Virus record (IMG/VR): IMGVR_UViG_3300021255_001482
Location: 74,382-103,239 of that record
Origin: a virus
Taxonomy: Duplodnaviria; Heunggongvirae; Uroviricota; Caudoviricetes
Length of the DNA stretch: 28,858 nt
Reading direction: 5' to 3' (one strand)
A program made the translations under genes and the position numbers. Below the pieces are notes generated by a model that did no database searches, was not told where the DNA came from, and saw only the letters and a list, made by a program, of their open reading frames with translations. Positions within the stretch are counted from its first letter, which is position 1. Each line of letters starts with the position of its first letter. This document shows, piece by piece, positions 23,582-28,858 of the stretch.

Positions 23582-25880
23582 GGTTATTAAGAGAAATGGT
23601 TCAGAAGTTGATTTTGATAAATCTAAAATTATAAATGCTATTAGAAAAGCTTGGATTCAAGTGTATAATGATTCTACGCGCGAGGAGCCTGAATATTTTA
23701 CTATTATAGCAGATAGTATTGAGCGTGTAGCTAATCAAACTTTCACTGATAGTGGAAAATATCTTACTGTTGAAAATATTCAAGAATTGGTTGAAGATGA
23801 TTTAGCAGCTTTTGACCGCCTCGTAGAAAAGGCATATATTCGTTATCGCTATAAGAGGGGCGTAATGCGTTCTTGCTCTGATGAATTTATCCGTTCTATT
23901 AGTGAGAAACTAACCGCTTCTAATGTTCAAAATCAAAACGCTAATGTTGATGAGCATTCATTTGGCGGTCGCGTAGGCGAAGCATCAGATGAAATGATGA
24001 AGCAGTATGCTCTTGACTTCTGTATGTCGGAAATGGCGAAGAACAATCATTTAAATAATGAAATTTATATTCATGATTTAAGTGCTTACGCGGTTGGTAT
24101 GCATAATTGTTTATCTATTCCTTTTGATAAGTTATTAGCAGAAGGTTTTAATACCAGACAGACTGATGTGCGGCCGGCTAATTCCATTAATACTGCTTTC
24201 CAGCTTGTTGCTGTTATTTTCCAGCTTCAATCATTGATGCAGTTTGGTGGTGTTTCTGCGACTCATTTAGATTGGACTATGGTGCCCTATGTAAGAAAGA
24301 GCTTTTGGAAGCATTTTAAAGATGGATTAAAATGGTTTGGAGAGGGTAATGAAAATCATTATTTCTTAAATGTAGATATTTCTAAAATGCCTATTGAGCC
24401 TTATCATAATTTAACAGTTGATGAAGGGGTGCTTCCTTTAGTGCAAACTGCAAAAGTAACCAAAGCTTATAAATATGCAATGGAAATGACAGAGCGTGAA
24501 CTTAGTCAAGCAGTAGAAGGAATGTATCACAATCTCAATACACTCCAATCCCGTAGCGGCAATCAACTTCCATTCACTTCAATTAACTATGGAACCTGCA
24601 CACTACCAGAAGGTCGTATGGTAATTCGCGCGCTACTTGAAGGTTCTATTAAGGGCGTAGGTAAATTACATAAAACGCCTATTTTCCCTTGTGGTATTTT
24701 CCAATTAGGTAAAGGTATCAATCGTGAACCTGGCGATCCAAATTATGACTTATACCAATTAGCTTTGAAGTCAACAGCGCAGCGTATTTATCCTAATTAC
24801 GCAAACATTGATTGGTCTGGTAATGCCGGATATGATAAGAATGACCCAAAGACTTATTTTTCTACAATGGGCTGTCGTACAGCAAATGGTGCTGACATTA
24901 ATGCTGAAGAAGGCACTAATCCTCAGACTAAGGATGGACGCGGCAATATCTGCCCCGTAACCATTATTATGCCAACACTTGCTATGGAAGCAGAGGAAAA
25001 AGCAGCACTACATAATTTAAATGCTAATAATTTAAATGCTGTTTTTGAATCAGAAGTAGTAGATAACTTTATGGAATTACTAGATCAAAAAATCCACGAA
25101 GCCAAAGATATGCTATTAGAACGCTTTGAATGGATTTGCGGCCAGAGTCCAGCATCCGCGAAGTTTATGTATGAGAATGGGACTATGTTGGGTTATCATC
25201 CAGAAGAAGGTATCCGCTCAGCTTTAAAGCATGGAACCATAGTAATCGGTCAACTTGGTTTAGCTGAAACACTTCAAATCTTAATTGGGTGCGACCATAC
25301 CACCGAAAAAGGAATGAAATTAGCAAAGCAAATTGAACAATTATTTAAAGATCGTTGCGCTGAATTTAAGAAAGAGTATAAGTTAAATTTCGGTGTATAT
25401 TATACTCCGGCCGAAAATCTCTGCTACACCGCTATGAAGAAGTTCCAAAAGAAGTATGGCGAAATTAAAAATGTCAGCGACCATGAATATTTCACCAACA
25501 GTATCCATGTTCCTGTATGGCATGATATTTCTGTATTTGATAAAATTGATATTGAAAGTCAACTTACAGGATATTCCAGTGCCGGATGTATTACTTATGT
25601 AGAATTACCTTCTGGTGTAAAAAATAATCTTGAAGCACTTGAAACTATTGTCAATTATGCGATGGATCATGACATACCTTATTTTGCAGTCAATGTGCCT
25701 CTTGATACATGTATGGACTGCGGCTATGCGGATGAAATTAATGATACCTGCCCACAGTGCGGCAGTCATAATATTCAGCACTTACGTCGTGTAACGGGCT
25801 ATTTAACAGGCGATTATAAAACTGCGTTTAATTGGGGCAAGCAGAAAGAAACAGAAGCACGTGTAAAACACGTTCATTAA
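23574..25880 (+). CDS. nrdD: Anaerobic (class III) ribonucleoside-triphosphate reductase with N-terminal ATP cone
   Basis: VIKRNG..VDFDKSKI cone, MHNC, SINYG, MGCRT, TPAEN, CMDCG..CPQCGS, RRVTGYL. Start reassigned to ATG 23574 (GGAGGG SD); 23568 is an alternative. Confidence 0.96.
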   Translation: MIKVIKRNGSEVDFDKSKIINAIRKAWIQVYNDSTREEPEYFTIIADSIERVANQTFTDSGKYLTVENIQELVEDDLAAFDRLVEKAYIRYRYKRGVMRSCSDEFIRSISEKLTASNVQNQNANVDEHSFGGRVGEASDEMMKQYALDFCMSEMAKNNHLNNEIYIHDLSAYAVGMHNCLSIPFDKLLAEGFNTRQTDVRPANSINTAFQLVAVIFQLQSLMQFGGVSATHLDWTMVPYVRKSFWKHFKDGLKWFGEGNENHYFLNVDISKMPIEPYHNLTVDEGVLPLVQTAKVTKAYKYAMEMTERELSQAVEGMYHNLNTLQSRSGNQLPFTSINYGTCTLPEGRMVIRALLEGSIKGVGKLHKTPIFPCGIFQLGKGINREPGDPNYDLYQLALKSTAQRIYPNYANIDWSGNAGYDKNDPKTYFSTMGCRTANGADINAEEGTNPQTKDGRGNICPVTIIMPTLAMEAEEKAALHNLNANNLNAVFESEVVDNFMELLDQKIHEAKDMLLERFEWICGQSPASAKFMYENGTMLGYHPEEGIRSALKHGTIVIGQLGLAETLQILIGCDHTTEKGMKLAKQIEQLFKDRCAEFKKEYKLNFGVYYTPAENLCYTAMKKFQKKYGEIKNVSDHEYFTNSIHVPVWHDISVFDKIDIESQLTGYSSAGCITYVELPSGVKNNLEALETIVNYAMDHDIPYFAVNVPLDTCMDCGYADEINDTCPQCGSHNIQHLRRVTGYLTGDYKTAFNWGKQKETEARVKHVH

Positions 25881-25882
25881 CT

Positions 25883-26368
25883 ATGAGTAAAATTGCTGGA
25901 ATCTATTGGGATGATACCGCGGCTGCGCCAGGTATCTCCCTCTCGGTCTATTTTTCTGGATGTCACTTCCATTGCCCCGGTTGTCATAATCCAGAAGCAC
26001 AAGATTTTAATTTTGGAGAAGAATTTACTCCAGAAACTATTCGTGAAATACTTACGAAGTTAAGAAAAAATGGAGTTGAACGTAGACTTTCCATTCTTGG
26101 CGGCGAACCACTTTGTCCTGAAAATCGCAAGGCGGTATATGATTTAATTAGCATTTGCCGCAAAATTTATCCACAAATGAAAATATATATTTGGACTGGA
26201 TATACTATTGAAGAACTATTTGAAGAAGGGGACGAAATTATTAATATGATTTTTAAACATACTGATTGTATTATTGATGGACGTTTTGAACTAGATAAGC
26301 GTGATATTACTCTTCCTCTCCGCGGTTCTTCTAATCAAAGAATTATTTATTTAAATGAGCAGGCATAA
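25883..26368 (+). CDS. nrdG: Anaerobic ribonucleotide reductase activating protein (radical SAM)
   Basis: FSGCHFHCPGCHN, LGGEP, IWTGY, DGRF, RGSSNQR. Start reassigned to 25883. Confidence 0.95.
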   Translation: MSKIAGIYWDDTAAAPGISLSVYFSGCHFHCPGCHNPEAQDFNFGEEFTPETIREILTKLRKNGVERRLSILGGEPLCPENRKAVYDLISICRKIYPQMKIYIWTGYTIEELFEEGDEIINMIFKHTDCIIDGRFELDKRDITLPLRGSSNQRIIYLNEQA

Positions 26369-26386
26369 GCCTGCTCTTTTCTTTTT
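26357..26386 (+). terminator. Intrinsic terminator after nrdG
   Basis: GAGCAGGC-ATAA-GCCTGCTC followed by TTTTCTTTTT. Confidence 0.85.
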
Positions 26387-26388
26387 AC

Positions 26389-26417
26389 TTGACTTTTTCA
26401 AAAAACCATGATATAAT
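26389..26417 (+). promoter_or_regulatory. Sigma-A-type promoter for the GIY-YIG operon
   Basis: TTGACT-N17-TATAAT with TGn extension. Confidence 0.85.
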
Positions 26418-26450
26418 TAATTGTAAAGTAAAGGAGTGGTTGTGATGTAG

Positions 26451-27464
26451 ATGTTGTATGGAATAATAGGAATACTTACAATTATAATAATTATACTAGG
26501 TGTAAAACTAGGACAGAAGATTTCAATTGATAATAAGCAATTAGAAGTTTATAAGAAAGAAATCTTTGAAGCGGAAGGAAGAGTAGAAAAACTTCGTTTT
26601 CAAAAAGATGAATTAACAAAAGATATTAAAACACAAACTGATTTGGTTAGTGAATATAATGATAAATTAATTGAAATTCAAAATAAGTATAAACGAGAAT
26701 TAAATAAGAAAACGACAGATTTAGACTTATATTTTGAAAATCAAAAACTTACACGTCAGTCAGAAATGGATACAGACTTTGAACGATTGTGGCGTGAAAA
26801 AGAAGAAAATTTAAAAACCAAATATATTCAGTTTGAGCGCGAAGAATTAGAGAAAGAGCATAAGTTTAGACAGGAAGTTCAAAAAGTAATTGATTCTGCG
26901 CGTGAAAGCCAAGAAAATATTCTAGCAGAGACTCGCGCGCAACAAGACCGTTTTGAAGGACTACTACTTCCTTTAAGACAATATGAAATGGAACAACAGG
27001 AACGTTTATTTTATACAATACAAGTTCCTGATGAATATAAAGATGATATTAATTTCTTAATTACTACTGTTTCACAAAAAGTCCAGCATCCCGATATTAT
27101 AAATAAACTTGTATGGGCTGAATATGTGAAACCTTATATAGATGGAACTTTTAAGCGAGTTGGAATAGAAGATAAGCCTGGCATTTATAAAATTACAAAT
27201 ATTGATACTGGTAAATGTTATATTGGTAAAAGTACCAATGTTAAAAAAAGAATTACTGACCACTTTAAAAGTTCAATTGGTATAAAAACAATCGCAGACC
27301 AAGCAGTACACCATGAGATATGGAAAACAGGTTTTTGGAATTGGACGATTGAAATAATTATTTATTGTGAGAAAGAGCAATTAAATGAATTAGAAAAGTA
27401 TTATATAGATTTCTTTAAAAGCCAAGAATTTGGATATAATAAAAATGTTGGTGGTGGGGGATAA
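26451..27464 (+). CDS. Membrane-anchored coiled-coil protein with C-terminal GIY-YIG nuclease domain
   Basis: Hydrophobic N-terminus LYGIIGILTIIIIILGV and long E/K/Q-rich helical region. Nuclease motifs GIYKITN..TGKCYIGKS..VKKRI..H, LNELEKYYI and GYN. Confidence 0.82.
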   Translation: MLYGIIGILTIIIIILGVKLGQKISIDNKQLEVYKKEIFEAEGRVEKLRFQKDELTKDIKTQTDLVSEYNDKLIEIQNKYKRELNKKTTDLDLYFENQKLTRQSEMDTDFERLWREKEENLKTKYIQFEREELEKEHKFRQEVQKVIDSARESQENILAETRAQQDRFEGLLLPLRQYEMEQQERLFYTIQVPDEYKDDINFLITTVSQKVQHPDIINKLVWAEYVKPYIDGTFKRVGIEDKPGIYKITNIDTGKCYIGKSTNVKKRITDHFKSSIGIKTIADQAVHHEIWKTGFWNWTIEIIIYCEKEQLNELEKYYIDFFKSQEFGYNKNVGGGG

Positions 27465-27757
27465 TGGAAATTATTAAATATGAAGGTAATTCAAATTATA
27501 TAATTATTTTATATAAAGAAAAAGATAAATTATTTGTTTTATATGCTCTTACAAATGCATTGTTTATAGATAGCGAAAATGAGGAAGTAGATATAGACGG
27601 TTGCTTTTCCCGTATTACAAAATTTGTTTTAAACCGCCATGTTGCTGTGCATATTCCTCTTATTGAAAGAGAAAATAATAAAGTATTTTCTATCATTCAA
27701 GTAGATAATGAAAAAGCATATGATTTAATTAAAACAGTAGTGGAGGATTTACTATGA
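27464..27757 (+). CDS. Hypothetical protein (97 aa)
   Basis: ORF track; TAATG coupling. Confidence 0.65.
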   Translation: MEIIKYEGNSNYIIILYKEKDKLFVLYALTNALFIDSENEEVDIDGCFSRITKFVLNRHVAVHIPLIERENNKVFSIIQVDNEKAYDLIKTVVEDLL

Positions 27758-28044
27758 GTGAAGAAATTTTTGCTACTGGCTTAACTACAGAGCATGATAG
27801 CCTAGAATCGATTGAAGCTGAAACTACGGCTGCTATTGAAAATAAATCGCAAGAACTACAATTTCATAATCGTGCCCAGCGTAGAGCGTTCGCAAAGAAA
27901 CTTGGCAAGTCTGGGCGCGCGAAAATGGGCACCATATCAGAGACAGCTAAAAAGCTTAATTATATAAATCTAATTGAACAACTACGAGAACTAAATGAGA
28001 AAAAGGAGAATGAAAATTATGAAGATGCTACTGAAGACAGTTGA
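27754..28044 (+). CDS. Hypothetical protein (96 aa)
   Basis: ORF track; GGAGG SD and ATGA overlap. Confidence 0.75.
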   Translation: MSEEIFATGLTTEHDSLESIEAETTAAIENKSQELQFHNRAQRRAFAKKLGKSGRAKMGTISETAKKLNYINLIEQLRELNEKKENENYEDATEDS

Positions 28045-28225
28045 CACTTTCCGTGTTGAAGATGAAGAAGAGGCTGTTCGCCTAATTGAAGAATATAAGA
28101 ATAATCAAAATACAGAAGGTTACTCTCTAACTAAGTCTGGCTATGTTCTAAAGAATAAGAAGTCCAAGGGCGAAATTATTGATAGTTGGGCTATCGTAAC
28201 AGTAGAGAGAACTTTTACTGAATAA
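28019..28225 (+). CDS. Small hypothetical phage protein
   Basis: Start reassigned from 27995 to ATG 28019 (AAGGAG 10 nt upstream): MKMLLKTVDTFRVEDEEEAVRLIEE...KSKGEIIDSW. Confidence 0.7.
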   Translation: MKMLLKTVDTFRVEDEEEAVRLIEEYKNNQNTEGYSLTKSGYVLKNKKSKGEIIDSWAIVTVERTFTE

Positions 28226-28238
28226 GGAGACAATAACT

Positions 28239-28858
28239 ATGGAAAACAATTTTACAAATTTCGCAGATATGGTATCTAATGATGAAAATTTACAGCCTAT
28301 TATGGATGCCATTGAGCAGATTATGGCTATTCCAGAAGATAGTTTAAATAATGAAAATATTGATGTCATGATTGGCATGATTTCTGGAGCCTTTACTGAT
28401 AAAATTCGCAATGATTCTGTCAATGAAATGATTAAGAATTTTGAGGAAGAAGGGCTTACTCGTGCGGCCGCGCATGAAAACATTGAGTCTTCAAAGATTG
28501 CTATTAAGGAAGCAATTGATGAACTAAAGCCTTCCGCTAATAAGCGTCAGATTCTTGAAGGTATTTTCTCAATTTTCTATGATATTTTTGATGCCGCATT
28601 AGAACGCTATCATAATTATAATATCGTTCTTCCAATTAAGCTGGATGATGGCGCGACCGTTCCTACTTATGCGCATGAAACCGATGCTTGCGCCGACCTT
28701 TATGCCGCAGATGATATGGTACTTCCAGCGCATACCTTTAGTAATATGGTTAGAACTGGCGTGCATATTGCTCTTCCAGAAGGCTGGATGGCAATGATTT
28801 TCCCACGTTCTAGTATTGGAGCCAAGACGCAGAATCGTCTATCAAATAGTGTTGGTAT
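28239..28858 (+). CDS. dut: Trimeric dUTPase with an N-terminal extension of about 125 aa (truncated by the window end, not in the ORF track)
   Basis: Manual translation from ATG 28239 (AAGGAG SD) is open to the end: ...VPTYAHETDACADLYA (motif 1), VRTGVHIALPEG, IFPRSSIG (motif 2), RLSNSVG (start of motif 3). Confidence 0.9.
   Translation, partial: MENNFTNFADMVSNDENLQPIMDAIEQIMAIPEDSLNNENIDVMIGMISGAFTDKIRNDSVNEMIKNFEEEGLTRAAAHENIESSKIAIKEAIDELKPSANKRQILEGIFSIFYDIFDAALERYHNYNIVLPIKLDDGATVPTYAHETDACADLYAADDMVLPAHTFSNMVRTGVHIALPEGWMAMIFPRSSIGAKTQNRLSNSVG

Larger units (their letters stand above)
1..28858. mobile_element. Segment of a large tailed phage or prophage genome (replication and nucleotide-metabolism region), Firmicutes-type host
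   Basis: Dense, unidirectional, often overlapping genes. Phage-type combination of SSB, Sak4-like ATPase, helicase, primase, RecJ, DnaE, NrdDG, dUTPase and topoisomerase among many small hypotheticals. Sigma-A promoters and long SD sites (AGGAGG, GGAAGTGAT). No structural or integrase genes in the window, so lifestyle is unknown. Confidence 0.9.

Noticed and set aside
18274-25880. Inteins or group I introns in dnaE, nrdD, helicase or topoisomerase
   Set aside because: All are single uninterrupted ORFs of ordinary length. I saw no Cys/Ser...His-Asn splice junctions or embedded LAGLIDADG/HNH domains.
26442-26453. In-frame GTG-ATG-TAG-ATG before the GIY-YIG gene, hinting at TAG recoding or a start-stop element
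   Set aside because: Long genes are intact under code 11 and TAG ends genes at 2429 and 4708, so there is no recoding. The GTGAT can be read as part of an extended SD, as at other genes here.
523-28483. Minus-strand ORFs and nested alternative-frame ORFs in the track (e.g. 523..792, 841..1119, 6926..7162, 10382..10600, 12055..12399, 20807..21106, 28148..28483)
   Set aside because: They lie opposite or inside well-supported + strand genes, have no recognisable motifs or SD sites that I could see, and I noticed no matching minus-strand promoters.
1-28858. CRISPR arrays, tRNA or rRNA genes, IS elements, integrase or att sites
   Set aside because: No regularly spaced repeats, cloverleaf-like intergenic sequence or transposase/integrase motifs were seen. 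Intergenic space is short and explained by promoters and terminators.

Overview
A 28.9-kb, AT-rich slice of a large tailed-phage (or prophage) genome, with a host most likely among anaerobic Firmicutes/Clostridia. All credible genes are on the + strand. It holds a DNA-replication and nucleotide-metabolism region: a calcineurin-like metallophosphoesterase, a very low-GC cassette (EcoRI-family adenine methyltransferase plus a putative PD-(D/E)xK nuclease), two nucleoside-deoxyribosyltransferase-fold genes, a Zn-finger/Vsr-like endonuclease, a two-subunit type IIA topoisomerase (GyrB/GyrA-like), a winged-helix protein and an SPbeta-like replisome block (SSB, Sak4-like ATPase, Zn protein, DnaB-like helicase, primase, RecJ, DnaE). 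These are followed by a radical-SAM-like protein lacking its Fe-S motif, NrdD/NrdG, a membrane-anchored GIY-YIG nuclease and a dUTPase with an N-terminal extension that runs off the end. Nine near-consensus sigma-A promoters and three terminators punctuate the region. The most striking unexplained signals are: (i) window-wide over-representation of CGCG (about 99 by hand count, versus about 14 CCGG), (ii) the TM-coiled-coil-GIY-YIG protein, (iii) the foreign-looking MTase/nuclease pair together with near-absence of GAATTC, and (iv) quinolone-resistance-type residues in both topoisomerase subunits. All motif counts and GC values were made by eye and need computational confirmation. Family assignments come from recalled motifs, not database searches.
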